Origin: Gekko japonicus
Lineage: Eukaryota
Direction: 5' to 3'
Assembly (NCBI RefSeq): GCF_001447785.1
Contig: NW_015165238.1
Coordinates: 1,567,129-1,631,128 of the forward strand
DNA length: 64,000 bases
Position numbers and translations under genes: made by a program. Positions within the stretch are counted from its first letter, which is position 1. Every line of letters starts with the position of its first letter. Below the pieces are notes generated by a model, which saw only the letters and a program-made list of their open reading frames with translations, had not been told where the DNA came from and ran no database searches. This document shows positions 13,213 through 26,809 of this stretch, piece after piece.

Positions 13213-13690
13213 TTTTTTTTTATAACTTTATTTTTATAACCTTTTCATAACTTTTCCATAACCTTACAATTTATAACATTCAATACAATACAAAATCAAT
13301 ATATTTAGTAGGTAACGCAGACATACCATCCTTTCCATTATTTATATAACTAAAAAATGCAAACCATTTTTCTACAAATTTTGATGTTTTATGAGGCTGT
13401 TCTGTTTCCAGAATTTGCATTGCCATTTTGTCCATAATTACAACGTCCCATAACTTCATGAACCATTGTTTTATAGTTGGCACTCTGCTTAATTTCCAAA
13501 CTTGGGCTATTAACGTTTTAGCCGCCTTAAGCATTAGTGAAACCAATTCTTCAGTTGTTTGGGAGAAGAGTCCTTTCTCCCAATTGTTTAATAATATGGA
13601 TTCAGATGTATGTGGTAGATCTATTCCCAGTATTAATTCTATTCTGGTTGCTGTTCTTTTAAAGACATTCATAACTTTCTGTAGGCTCTG
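13213..13690 (-). mobile_element. 5'-truncated L1-clade LINE, 3' end
   Basis: ORF 13280-13672 (LKAAKTLIAQVWK...PTIKQW...KFVEKW) resembles the L1 ORF2 C-terminus. Poly(A) tail seen as a T run at 13213-13221. Confidence 0.85.
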
Positions 13691-14310
13691 CTAGCAGGCA
13701 TATTATTGGTAAAGTAGTATATCCATAGTAAAAACAATGTTGTTTCACATGTAGCAGTGATGGCTATGTGAGTTTAAGACCCAGAAGTGACCTTTGGGCT
13801 TGTGCTATCCTCCACCACTTGTATTACCGTTTCATAAAAACCAGCATTTCAGATCCATCTTACCCACCTGTGAGGCGAAGCACCATAATTTCCCTCAAGG
13901 GTTAGCATGGATATTAGAAGGCATAATCTGCTTACAGGTGTTCATGATCTGAGCCTTCCTGCAACTACCATCCTTATGTCCTTCAAGGCCAGATGCAGGA
14001 ATGTAGCAATTAGGCCCAGTTGTTTGAACCTGTGCTGAGTTGTGTAATTGGATGGGAGGAAGGAATTGGGAGCAGTTGTCAGCATCCTCTGAAAAGTTCC
14101 TCAGAAGAAGATCCCTGATTGGACCAGAGAGACCACCTGATGTCATAGAGTACAAAGCTATAATAAGCATATAGGCCAGAGAGAGTCATGCAAATGCCAT
14201 GCTAATATGCTTAGATACCTTATGCTTCATCATGATGGACTGCAGCATGTAGAATGCTTTTATGCTACTGTGTGGATTTTATGCTGCAAGAGGTTCGCTG
14301 TGGGCAAATT

Positions 14311-14700
14311 CGTGGGCACTCAATGAAATTGCTGAGTAGTCAGGTTAGAACGGATAAAAGGAAGTACTTCACCCAAAGAGTGATTAACACATGGAATTCA
14401 CTGCCACAGGAGGTGGTGGTGAGTACAAGCATGGACAGCTTCAAGAGGGAATTAGATAAGCATATGGAGCAGAAGTCCATCAGTGGCTATTAGCCACAAG
14501 GTATAGATAGGAACTGTCAGGCTGGGGCAAGTGATACTCTGTATTCTTGGTGCTTGGGGGGGCAACAGTGGGAGGGCTTCTAGTGTCCTGGCCCCATTGC
14601 TGGACCTCCTGATGGCACCTGATATTTCTGGTCACTGTAAGACAGAGTGTTGGACTGGATGGGCCATTGGCCTGATCCAACTTTGGCTTCTCTTACATTG
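14311..14700 (+). mobile_element. CR1 LINE 3' end
   Basis: RGHSMKL...RTDKRKYFTQRVINTWNSLPQEVV...FKRELDKHM plus the CR1 3'UTR. Confidence 0.9.
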
Positions 14701-15191
14701 AATACCTTGGTATTAGAACATAAGAATGTATTCAAAAGTAATTTTCCTTGTTTTCTTGTTGCTAAGCTATAGAAATTGCACATAACAGTTAATTCTTTTA
14801 ATAATTTAATAAAGCTTTATATATTTTTAAAGGTCTGTTTTTTTTGTGTGTATCCAGCTTCAAGGACCCACAGTTCTGGGAAGTTGTTCAAGGGTTCCAC
14901 ACTGGGGACCAGGAGCAATAACCCAGGGGGACCTGAGCTCAGATCTCTGACACCACCTCATCCATCTTTTTATTGTGATGGATGGGGCATTTAAATAAGG
15001 AATCTTTGCATAGTGCCAAGATAACATTAAAGACTATAATTAATGTTGTGTTCACAAAAACATGTAGGTCACTTTTCAACCATTCCAGTGTAATGCGCAC
15101 AGTACAAATAATATGTGCAATTAAAAACAATAAAATAGAGCACAGTGTTAGCCAAATTGCCTTAATTTAATCTATTGTTCTCACCTGAGAC

Positions 15192-15391
15192 CAGTGTTCC
15201 CTCTAAGCTGAGTTAGCTAGCTCACAGTTTTTTAGCCTCCAGCTCACACATTTTTGTCTTAGCTCAGGAAGGAAGGATCCAGCGCAAAATGATTTATGCA
15301 ATAGCCAAATTGCTCACTCACAACTTTAGTGCCAGTAGCTCACCAAGTAGAATTTTTGCTCAGACGACTGTACAGCTTAGAGGGAGCATTG
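15192..15391. mobile_element. Non-autonomous hAT element (MITE, 200 bp)
   Basis: TIRs CAGTGTTCCCTCTAAGCTG / CAGCTTAGAGGGAGCATTG. 8-bp TSD cctgagac/cctgaaac. Confidence 0.85.
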
Positions 15392-15939
15392 CCTGAAACC
15401 AGCTCTGTGTTCGCAGGTCTTCCTTGGCCTGAGTTTTGTGGGTCTCTAGTTCAGGTTAGAAAGTGGGGTGCCCCTGCTGTTGGGGCTACCCGAGAGTAAA
15501 GGCAGCGCCTCTGGCAACAACGAACACACTAACAGTTAAGCAATAGCGTATTATAGAAGCACCAGTTCTTTATAAAGATGTTGTGGTTCTGGTAGTGATG
15601 AAGCTTTTGATTCCTACTGGCTAATTTTGGAACTGGCAACTGGTTAAGGAACAGGAAGTTCCATTGACCAGGAGAAAAACCAGTATAATATTTAGATAAA
15701 TAAGCAAGTGGTAAGAATAAATGGAGAATTTTCATAGTGGAAGGATGCAAGCTCTGGGGCTTCTGAAGGGTCTCTGTAGGACTGGTGGTGTTTAACTTGT
15801 TCATAAATGATTGGATGTCAGAAGAAGATAATCAGCTATCCCAACTGAATGGGAAATCTCATGTGAATGAAGCCAAGTGTAGTTAACTGTAAGGTGAGGT
15901 ACAGTGGAACAAAAAAATAATTCTAACTTTTGATATGTT

Positions 15940-16210
15940 TGGAACTGGCAGAGACTGAGAGGGAAAGATCTGGGGTTATGGATAGCTAATGAAAATGTCA
16001 ACACAGTTTTCAGCAGCACTGGAAAAGGTGAAATCCATGCTGGGAATTTTAGGGAAGAGACTGAAAACAGCCAATATAATGTCCCTGCACAGATCTATAG
16101 TGCAGCCTCTTTTGGAATACAGCATACAGTTATGATCCCTGTATCTCAGAAAGCTAGAAAAAATTAAGACAAGGGCAACCAAGATGATTCAAGGGGCTGA
16201 AGTGGTTGGG
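15940..16210 (+). mobile_element. Old CR1 fragment
   Basis: Degenerate CR1 ORF2 C-terminal segment (mlgi...plyrs.v.p.ley..qlw...ratkmi.gl). Confidence 0.7.
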
Positions 16211-17270
16211 GTGGCATGAGTAGGTACATTTTTTGGCAGGAAAAGCCCCCATTCAGTATAGTGCCACTGTCCTCTTGATGGTAGCATATAAGATTTTTAG
16301 GAATATTTGAGGACTTGGCATCCACACCACACTTTCCCTCACATACACCAAGCACTCTGTGCAGAAAGGGCAGATGAATATTTATGTCAATTTGTAACTG
16401 CACAGCACCCTTTAAGATCCACTGCTTGTGAGATAACAGGATGATGATGTTCCTGAGGCACTCTCTCCTCTGCCTTTGTAAAATCTGAGTATAACTTTAT
16501 CCACCCTTTATACCAAAGAGGAGAGCAGAGATTTAACACAACAAGAAATAAGTTTATTTTTCTCGGAAGGGTATTACACCAATGGCAGAACAGGTAAAAG
16601 TGTAGCTGGCCGAGTTATCCTGTGGCAGGGGTGTCCTTGTGAGAACAGCCATGGAAGAGAGTGAGAGAAGGGATGCAAGTACCATTGTCTGTTCAAGTTA
16701 GGAAATCAGAGGTGTTCTTCAGACCACTCCAGATGCTGATACCTACCTGGTTAGCAGTTTGTCTTTGCCTTAGCCTCTTTTTCCTGTTCCAAGTCTCATT
16801 TTAGGTATGAGTGAGTGGCACAGTAATCGTAAGAGTCTGAGCTCACTTTCACCTGCTGAGAGTCTGGTAGGGCAGCTGCTTTGGTGTCCTGCTTATGGGC
16901 TTCTCAGAAACTTCTGGTAGGCCACTGCTCGCAACAAAATGTTTGGGGAGATGGATTCTTGGTCTGATTCTGCAGGGGCTTTTATATCTATATACCATTA
17001 CCCACAATCTGCAGATACTTAAATCGATGGATCAGGGCCACATTGAGCCCCTAAATAGGGCCCCTAAATAGAATTGCATTGTCTGCTCATGCACACAACA
17101 ATGCAGTTAGTGAGCCACTTGAGCTCTGCATCAATACCAGCAGCTGCTCTGGGCCTAGTAGCTCCAGACGCCAGCAACCCCTGCAGGCATGGGTATGGAG
17201 AAGGATGCTGGTAGCTGCTCCAGCCACCGTAGAGTGGTTGTTGGCTGTCGTTGCTGATGGTCACTGTAGG

Positions 17271-17930
17271 CAGGGCTGGCCCAAGGTTTTTCGGCGCCCT
17301 AGGTAAAACTAGTGCTCCCCCAGGCGAGGCTGCCTTGTGTCTCCCCCCCCCCGCCGCCGCGTGCCTCTTTAGCCTCAAGTTGGATGCTAAGCTGGGCACA
17401 TTGGGTGTGGGGGGGAAAGTGGGCTACAAGGCTCTTCGGAGGGCGGCCCTTCTGCTTTCTTTCCCCCCTGCCCACTTCCCCCATCTCTCCATCCCCCCGG
17501 GGGACCAGGACCCCCCCAGCCGCATGCGCCCCATCCCCTTGTTCCCCGTGGGGGCAGCACCAAGGAGACTCATTGAGGGTGGCGTGATGGAGTCGTCCAG
17601 TCCGAGCAGGCCCTTCTTGGAGGAGGAAGCGGCGGTGGGTCTGCTCCAGCCCCCTCTATGCACCACGCACGCCTACCTGAGCCGCCCTGCCGCTGGGCCT
17701 TTCAGGCAGCGCCGTCTGCCTCCTCCCCGCCCTGCAGGCCAAGTGCGCCTCAGGACAGGCCCCGAGCGCAGCAGGGGGAGGTGGAGGCGGTGGTCTCCCG
17801 GTCAGGGACTAGATGCATGCAGGGCTTTTGGCGGGGGGGCGGGGGCTTTTGGCGGGGGGTCAGGGTGCACTTTGGCACCCCTAAGGGCTGACCCGCTCTA
17901 GGCATTCACCTGGTGAGCGAGCCAGCCCTG
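17271..17930. mobile_element. Young GC-rich non-autonomous hAT element (660 bp)
   Basis: TIR CAGGGCTGGC...GCCAGCCCTG. Perfect 8-bp TSD actgtagg at 17263-17270 and 17931-17938. CpGs are retained. Confidence 0.9.
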
Positions 17931-18299
17931 ACTGTAGGCCTAGCTGCAGCAGAGAAGGATGCTGGCCACTGATTCGGGCCCAGTGCAGCAGTGGCATATG
18001 CTGTCAGCTACTGCAGACCCAAGCAGAAGCAAAGGCCGCTGGCAGCCGCTGCAGGCTCTGGTGTGGTGGTGGATGCCAAATGCCACTTTGGGCCCAAGTG
18101 CAGTGGTGAAGGACACTGGCAGTTGCTGCAGGCTGAGGGGTAGGTGGTGGGGCCAGGAGCTTCACCAGCCTCAGCAATGATGGGGGGATATGGGATTCCC
18201 CCCTGTGAGTATTGCGGGGGCCCCTCTTGTCTCTTATATTTTTGGAGAGAGGCTGCTATAGCTTGCAGAGCTCTAAAGCCCTCCATAGAGGTGATGTAG

Positions 18300-18880
18300 T
18301 CTTTACTTTTACTTTAATTATCTGCTCTTATGACAACAATTTTGAGCATTAACAATTCAGCATAACAACAACAATAGAACAGTGATAATAATTATAACAG
18401 TGAGCATACCTATAACAGGTAAATTATCAGATTATCTGGATCAAACTATCATATTTAATTACATAGAACAAAAATTTAGCAATAGCCAGATCAATATCAT
18501 GGTCACTTCTGGCCAAGAGGGTCTGTAATTTGCCGTGGGCTGGAATACCGGCCAGGTTCTTAACGAAGGGAGAAGCAAGCTTGGTTCTATACTTATGAAA
18601 TTTTGGAGAGTCCAATAAGCAGTGAAACAAAAGTGTCAAAATGTCCGGTGTCACAGTTACAGAATCTTTCAGCTAAACTAAACAGTAAGGGAGCCAAAAC
18701 GCATCCCTGTTGGACCCCTCTTCGCTGAGGGAAGGGTCTTAACAAATGGCTAAGATTACTACAACGGACACATGCATAGGAGGACTCATATAATCTTTCA
18801 ACTAACCATAGCAATCTATGATCAATAGAAGTGGTTCTCAGTTTAGTCCATAGTTAATTTCTTGGTATGGAGTAAAAAGC
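18300..18880 (-). mobile_element. Internally deleted non-LTR retrotransposon (RTE-X-like; family uncertain)
   Basis: RT motif RGVQQGCVLAPLLFSL is joined directly to a C-terminal CxC...HC...AKF segment. A (TAAAG)n-like tail lies at about 18300-18315. Confidence 0.7.
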
Positions 18881-19249
18881 TGTTGGTGTAATGATCTTAC
18901 CTTAGGTTGAGGAGGGTGAAATTGATGGAGCAAACCAGTATAGCATGTTAGGATATGGGCAGGGGAGGAGGGTAGAAGAATATCATGAAACTTGGGCTAG
19001 GATAGGGGAACCGCAAGTTCAACTCTCCACTCTACCCTAGGGGAACCGCAAGTTCAACTCTCCACTACCATCTTGCACATCTGTCTGTCTGTCTGTCTGT
19101 CTGTCTATCATCTATCATCCCTTTCTTTCAGCCTTGTTTTGAGGATACAGTGAGACAGGAAGAACCATGTATGCAGTACTGTGCTTCTTGAATGAATTAT
19201 AAAAATATACTAAAAACATTGGTGCTTGTTACTTTAGGGCTGCGAGACT

Positions 19250-20900
19250 TGTTTTTGTGGTATAGTGTGATGAAGTTATGTTGGGTTAAGTTGGAATGTT
19301 GTGCTTAGGGCTGTGGGTGGGAGTTGTAGGTGTGTATTGGTATAGTCCAGAGACACCATTATTAGATTTTATGGGTGGCAGAAATTATGAATGTGGGAAT
19401 CTGATATGCAAGAGTAAGAGAAGGGAGCTTGGACAATTGTATTCTGGCTTTTCTTTTGGTCCTCTTTCTGACCTAGTTGTTTTCTTGCTTTTGAATGCCA
19501 GATCAGTAAATGGAAGAACTTTCACAGGTATGTTTACCTGGCCTGTATTACTGAGACCGGAGTACTCTGTTGTAGGGAAGGCCCATAATAATTCCTCATT
19601 CCAAGAAAGCACTCTACCAAAAGTTTTCAAAGGAGACAGATATAAGTATTTTACTAGACTTGGACTTTCTAGAGTTGAATAATTTTTGCCCTGTGTCAGA
19701 TCTGCCTTTTCTTGGAAAGGTGCTTAAGCAAGTAGGTAGAAACTCAGCTCAGAGGTTTCTGGATAATATGGGTTATCTGGACTCTTTGAAATCTGCTTAT
19801 TTGGTCATGGATAACAAACTGCTTTGCTCTCCATATTTGAGGGCCTTGGCCAGGCATCCCTATTAACTAGACGTTTTTAGTGCTATTAACTATGGTATCC
19901 TTCTGTTCCATCTGACTGGGATGGAATTGGGTGTGCATACTGTTTTGCAGTGGCTCTTATGTCTCTTTGCAGATGGATAGCAGAAGATGGTGCCGGGAGT
20001 CTCCTTTTCTACACCTTGACCCTTTGGCTTGTGCAGTCTTGCCAGGCTTTCATCTTTTCTCGCATACTATTTAGTATCTATACAGAACTACTGGGCGAAG
20101 TTGTTGGAGATTTGGAGACAGTGAAAGGCTGGAACTGGACAAACTGAAAAGAGAGGAAAATAAAACAAGATGGAAGCACTGTTGGTTGAAAGTTAAGCAA
20201 CCTGGAATTAAATTTTACAACCCGTACAGAATCAGGTTGTACTTCCCTCAATGCATCTGGTTTGCAGCTTGGGAATGTTCCTGAGCATGGCCTTTGTTAA
20301 CCAGAAGCAGGTTACTGAGATTTTGAGGAGAATGTTTTACCTCTTTGGGTGGTTTGCCTGCTGTAGCCTTTACTAGAAAGCTTGGATGCACTCACAGTCA
20401 CTCATGCCTTGGTTAACATCCAGATTACTAAACTGTAGGTGGAACTAGGACCTTCTCTCAAGATTTGAAATTCCAGTTGATCCAAAATATAATAGCAAGG
20501 GTTCTGACAGGAAGCCACTACAATGTCCATAATATTCCAGTGCTTTAGCTGCTACACTGAGTGCCAGTTTGTTTCTGGGCCCAGTTCAATGTGCATGTGT
20601 TGATCTTTACAGTCCTAAAGCGCTTAGGTTCAGAGTACCTGAATGTCTGCCTCTGCCCATGAGATGAATATTAGGAAGCTGATAGTGTTGAGTAGAGTAC
20701 ATACAGCAGGGTGTTCTGTGTGATGGCCTACAGGTTGTGGAATACCTTGCTCCAGATGCCCTTTTCTTCTGGACTTTTGGAAATGGGTCAAGTCTGTATT
20801 GTTCTTTAAGTCCCTTGGTGGTTTCACTCCTTGACCTCTTGGTGTTAACTCTGTTAATTTTATTGCTCATAGGCCATTGTTCATGTATAGGAGGGTGGGT
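19250..20900 (+). mobile_element. Degraded, internally deleted L2 LINE
   Basis: LLLNARSVNGRT (endonuclease start), NNFCPVSDLPFLGKVL (RT start) and a degenerate L2 C-terminus. Confidence 0.8.
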
Positions 20901-21418
20901 ATGGCTTGTTCTGTTAATTTGATCTACTGGTTTTTGAAAGTTGCTTTGAATTATGGACAGGCGCAGTCTTAGTAATTCTCTGGGCCTGAGCAAAAGCCCA
21001 GATTGGGACCATCATATCATTGCCCCATGCCATCCCCCCACAGGGGGTCAAACAAGTGGTGGTGCCCCATGGAAGGTTGGCAGGAGCCACCAACATTGCT
21101 GGAAGCTGACTGCCTGAGCCCCAGATGGGATGGACATGAGTGGCGGCAGCTGTAGGAGCCTGCTGTTAGTTAGGGCAGGGGTTGTGATTGGTTTCCCTCA
21201 CCCCCCGAGTGTATCCTGAGGTGGCTGCCCTGATTGTCAGTTCGCATGGGGGATGTTTTTTCTTATTTTTGCCATTGTTTTTATTAACTGGCTCAAAGAC
21301 AGTTGAAGCTTAGTGAGCAATGCAGAAAAACTAAGGACCAAAATGTTTAGTGGGAAAAGATCCTAGGAGGTAGGGAAGCTAAGGGGCAAGACATACAAAA
21401 AAGAGAAGCTAAACAAAG

Positions 21419-23557
21419 GGGCTCCCTGATGGATCACTGCCCTGTCGTGGCAAGGAGGTTTGCGTGGTTTGATGGGGCTGTGGGCTATGCCGTGGAGGGC
21501 CACCCAGGACGGACAGGCCACAGCAGAGAACTCAGACCAAGTGTGATCCACTGGAGAAGGAAATGGCAACCCACTCCAGTGTCTTTGCCAAGAAAACCCC
21601 ATGGACAGTATCAAAAGGCTAAAAGATATGACGCCGGAAGATGAGCCCCTCAGGTCGGAAGGTGTCCAATATGCTACTGGGGAAGAGCAGAGGGCAGGTA
21701 CAAGTAACCCCAGAAAGAGTGAAGCGGCTGGGCCAAAGCTGAAAGGAAGCTCAGTTGTGGATGTTTCTGATGGTGAAAGGAAAGTCTGATGCTGCAAAGA
21801 ACAATACTGCANNNNNNNNNNNNNNNNNNNNNNNNNNNNNNNNNNNNNNNNNNNNNNNNNNNNNNNNNNNNNCAGTGCAAAGTAATAGAGGAAAACAATA
21901 GAATGGGAAGGACTAGAGATCTCTTCAAGAAAATTGGAGAAATCAAGGGAGCGTTCCATGCAAAGCTGGCCATGATAAAGGACAAAAATGGTAGGGACCT
22001 AACAGAAGCAGAAGAGATTAGGAAAAGATGGCAAGAATACACAGAAGAACCATACAAGAAAGACTTCTATGTCCTTGACAACCACAATGGTATAATCACT
22101 GACCTCGAGCCAGAAATCCTGGAATGCGAAGTCAAATGGGCCTTAGAAAGCATTACTAACAACAAAGCTAGTGGAGGTGATGGTATCCCAGCTGAGCTAT
22201 TCAAAATCTTAAAAGATGATGCTGTTAAAATGCTGCAGTCAATTTGCCAGCAAATTTGGAAAATGCAACAATGGCCACAGGATTGGAAAAGATCAGTTTA
22301 CATTCCAATCCCAAAGAAGGGCAATGCCAAGGAATGTTCCAGCTATCACACAATTGCACTCATTTCACATGCTAGCAAGGTCATGCTCAAGATCCTACAA
22401 ACTAGGCTTCAAGCAGTACGTGGCTAGAGAACTGCCAGAAGTACAAGCTGGGTTTCGAAGAGGTAGAGGAACTAGAGATCATATTGCCAACATTCACTGG
22501 ATTATGGAGAAAGCAAGGAAGTACCTGAAAAACATCTACTTATGCTTCAAACTGGGAATGCTTCATTGACTTCATTGATTAAATATGCAGGGTGACAATA
22601 TACATCCTGAGAAACCAATATAAGGGTCAAGAAGCAATAGTTTAGAAGATATGGAAAAACTGATTGGTTTAGCATAGGAAAAGGAGTACGACAAGGATGT
22701 ATATTGTCACCCTGCTTATTTAATTTATACACAGAGTAAGTACATCATGCAAAATGCCAGCCTATCACAAGCCAAAATTAAGATTGCTGGGGAAAACATC
22801 AACAACCTCAGATATGCAGACAATACCACTCTAGTGGCAGAAAGTGAAGAGGACCTAAAAAGCCTCTTGCTAATGGTGAAAGAGGAAAATGCAAAAGTTG
22901 GCTTGAAACTCAATATAAAAAAACCTAAGATCATGGCATCCAGCCCCATCACTCCTTGATAAATAGAAGGGGAAGTCATGGAAGCAGTAACAGACTTCAC
23001 ATTCCTGGGATCCAAGTTCACTGCAGACGGTGAGTACCATCATGAAATTAAAAGATGCCTGCTCCTTGGGAGGAAAGCTATGGCAAACCTAGACAGCATA
23101 ATAAAAAGTCCATATGGTGAAAGCAATGGTATTCCCAGTAGTAATGTATGGCTGTGAGAGCTGGACCATAAGGAAGGCCAAAGAATAGATTCTTTTGATT
23201 TATGGTGCTGGAGAAGACTCTTGAGAGTCCCTTGGACTGCAAGGAGATCAAATCAGTCAATCCTAAAGGAAATCAATCCTGACAGTTCCCTGGAAAGCCA
23301 GATACTGAAGCTGAAGCTCAAATACACCGGCCACCAAATGAGAAGGGAGTACCCACTGGAGAAGACCCTAATGCTGGGAAGGACTGAAGGTAAAAGAAGA
23401 AGGGGATGGCAAAGGATGAGATGGCTAGACAGTGTTATCAATGCAACAAACATTAAATTGAGCAAACTCTGGAGGACAGCGGAAACAGGAGGACTTGGCA
23501 TGAGGTGGTCCATGGGGTCGCGAAGAGTTAGACTTGACTGTGCGACTGAACAACAAA
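21419..23557 (+). mobile_element. RTE-BovB LINE, near full length with deletions, frameshifts and an N gap
   Basis: GRTRDLFKKIGEIKG...KRWQEYTEE...WPQDWKRSVYIPIPKKG, LRYADNTTL, and a (CAA)n tail. Confidence 0.93.
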
Positions 23558-24423
23558 ATCCTGTATTAAGCATAAAGAGGACATGGTAGGAAATGCACAG
23601 TGCAATCCTATGAACACTTTTCTGGGAATAAGCCCCATGAAATAAACCTAAGTAGACCTGTTTAGGATTGCTCTCTATTTTTTTCCTTGGAGATGTATCT
23701 GAATATAAACATATAGAATAGAAATCTTACTAATGTGTTAGTTCTGTTGGCCAGGTCATTGCAAGATGTATCAAAGAAGTTATGTGCCTTGAGATACGTT
23801 TAGCAATTTTTCATTTAAAAGTCAAATTTGTCAATTGCATCGTTCTTACAATCGATTTAGGGGAAATGCTGTAGCTTTACACCCCAACAAACTGATTTTC
23901 TGCACCAAGAAATATCTCTGGAAGCTTCTTATAACAAGTACAGAAATGTATATTACACTACAGTATATTTCCTTGTATCTTCCAGACTGATATTATATAG
24001 GTGACACTGTAAAGAAAAGGGCAGCAGCATGTTCAACAGTAGTAATCAAATTTTCCTGATTCTTCAAGGTCGTATTAGTGCTGGGTGGAGAGGAAGTGTC
24101 ATCTGAGTAGAGGTGCCAATGCTGGCTTGGGAAATTCCTGGACGTCAGGGATAGTGCATAGGGAGGGACTTCAATTTCTCCTAAACTCTGTTCTGGCCTC
24201 AAACGTCCTGTTCCACTAATTTCTTTGACAGCCAGGAGTTACCCTGCAGTGTACTTCTTGGCAAAGTCTGGACTTGGGTCTGGCACACAAAGGTTGTGGC
24301 CTGGAGAAATGGTGATCCAACAGAGCACCCTTCCTTGCCCTTAGCTTAGGAAAAGCATCCCTAGCTGTTCTGGCAGCATCTTCTGAAATTCTCCTGGTCA
24401 GGTCTTAATTGGACCAGAATCCT

Positions 24424-25308
24424 GTATAAGGGTCAAGAAGCGACAGTTAGAACCAGATACGGAACAACTGATTGGTTTAGCATAGGAAAAGGAGTATGAC
24501 AAGGATGTATATTGTCCCCTTGCTTATTTAATATATATGCAGAGTATATCATTCGAAATGCTGGCCTGGATGAATCACAAGCCGGAATTAAGATTGCTGG
24601 GGAAATGGTCAACAACTTCAGATATGCTGACGATACCACTCTAATGGCATCCGGCCCCATCACTCCTTGGCAAATAGAAGGGGAAGTCGTGGAAGTAGTG
24701 ACAGACTTCACGTTCCTGGGGTCCCAGATCACCGCAGACTGTGACAGCAGCCATGAAATTAAAAGACGCCTGCTCCTTGGGAGGAAAGCGATGGCGAACC
24801 TAAACAGCATGATAAAAAGTAGAGACATCACCCTGCCAACAAAAGTCCGCATGGTCAAAGCAATGGTATTCCCAGTAGTCATGTATGGCTGCGAGAGTTG
24901 GACTATAAGGAAGGCCGAGCACCAAAGAATAGATTCTTTTGAACTATGGTGCTGGAGAAGACTCTTGAGAGTCCCTTGGACTGCAAGAAGATCAAATCAG
25001 TCATCCTAAAAGAAATCAACCCTGACTGTTCCCTGGAAGGCCAGATAATGAAACTGAAGCACAAATACTTTGGCCACCCAATGAGAAGGGAGCACTCACT
25101 GGAGAAGACCCGGATGCTGGGAAAGATTGAAGGTCAAAGAAGAAGGGGACGGCAAAGGATGAGATGGTTAGACAGTGTCATAGATGCAACGAACATGAAA
25201 TTGAGCAAACTTCAGAGGACGGCGGAAGACAGGAGGGCCTGGCGGGATCTGGTCCATGGGGTCGCAAAGAGTCGGACTCGACTGTGGGACTGAACAACAA
25301 CAAACAAA
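24424..25308 (+). mobile_element. RTE-BovB LINE, 5'-truncated copy
   Basis: SPCLFNIYAE...FRYADDTTL...VFPVVMYGCESWT...LWCWRRLLRVPWTARRSN with a (CAA)n tail. Confidence 0.93.
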
Positions 25309-26809
25309 GCGGGTTAGGCAGTGTACTGCAAAGCTTTGTATATGATGCAGAGGTTGGTGGGGGAGAACAGAAGAGAGAGAAGGTTTAGAAAAAGAGTGAC
25401 TATAATGAAAGTGAAAGGTAGCAGGCTGGCATATGAAGAGAAGTACTACAGGCCAGAGCTCCAGTGGGAACATAAAGTTGTCAGGTCATTGAATACACCC
25501 TGATGCCACATGTGCCTTTTCCCATCACTGTTAAGCAGGCAGAGGTGCTGGCTAAGCAAATATTGCTGAAGGAAACAAGACACCACAGGCAGAGACAAGA
25601 GATATGTAAGAGCAGGTATTAGAGGGAACTGGGTAATGGATGCTTGGGGACAGGTAGAAATGGCAGCTGGAAAAAATTCAGTGGGAGCCGTGAACCTGCA
25701 GGACTGTGATCTAATGGCAGAAAGGAAGAAAACAGAGAAGACAAAATAGACCATTGCAGATAAGTCAAGTGGTGACAGGCTTGCCACATTCAGTGACTTA
25801 GAGCATTCTTGTACTGTTATAGGTTGCTTAGAAATTCTACCAGGTAAGGCTTTTTCCAGCAGTAAGACTGGTTCCTGGTGAAATACTTCCTTCTGCATAA
25901 CTACTAGAGATGTAAGGGCCTCCTGAGTACTCCAAGCAGGACTCTGTGGCAGTCATCCTTAAGTTCCTGCCTCTCCTCCACAGTTCTGAACCAGTCTTTG
26001 TGATTTTGTCTTCATGCAAATCCACGTGATTGTCAGCCAGTCAGAGTCCATGGAACTCAACTGGATGGGAGGGGATGAGCCAGCTTCAGCTATAGAAGGG
26101 TCAAGAAAGCCCTTTTTCCTTTAGATAGGGATTTCGTGTCTCTGAAGAGGGGAAAAAGGCTTATTTTAGTGTGACAAATGTCCTATTAAGTGTCCATCAA
26201 TCCTAACTGGTATGTTTAGGTTTTGTACTCTGTATGAGTGAGTGAGACGGAACCTGCTTAGGAAACCTCTGAAGAGAAGGGGCAACCATGTTCCTTCAGG
26301 GTTTATTTAATTTACTTGAGAGCCAGTTTTACTGTCTGTCATTCGCACATATTTACCTTATTAAAGACTTTATTTTCTGTTAAATAAATCGTTGTTGGTT
26401 ATCTCCATCTGTGTCCTGTCTGTTGAGTTAAATATCTAAGAAATTGATCCCTATTTACCTCATATATGAGGTAAAGCACAGCCTTGGTCTAATCGGTTTC
26501 CAAATTAGGGAGCACATAGTTACATGCTACCAATCTTTATTTTAAAGCTTGTGTCACCCTTTATATTTGACTGTGGGCAGCTGGGGTTTAAAGAACCGGT
26601 AGGAGAGGCCAGAATGGAGGCACTGGGCATTCTTCAGTCCAGCAGGCAGTTTGCTTCAGAGCCCCCCACCCTGCCACTTCAGACTCCATGGTGGAAAATA
26701 TGGAATGGCATTGGGATGTGGTAGCACTATTTCACTGTCTTGCACTGGAGCTTAGAGTCCATCATTGGGGTCCAGTTTCTACTTTAGGACACTTTTTTGC
26801 CATTAGATC

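Noticed and set aside
17251-17901. 216-aa Pro/Gly/Arg-rich ORF
   Set aside because: Stop-poor GC-rich MITE interior; the ORF crosses the element boundary.
19003-19066. 29-bp direct repeat pair (CRISPR-like or TSD)
   Set aside because: Only two copies, 6 bp apart, in a decayed SINE within a vertebrate intron; simple slippage duplication.
25816-26524. Possible solo LTR (tgtt...taca with ATTAAA/AATAAA); similar impressions at about 13740-14300, 16420-17010 and 53466-53750
   Set aside because: No TSD or recognisable family could be confirmed by eye, so not called.
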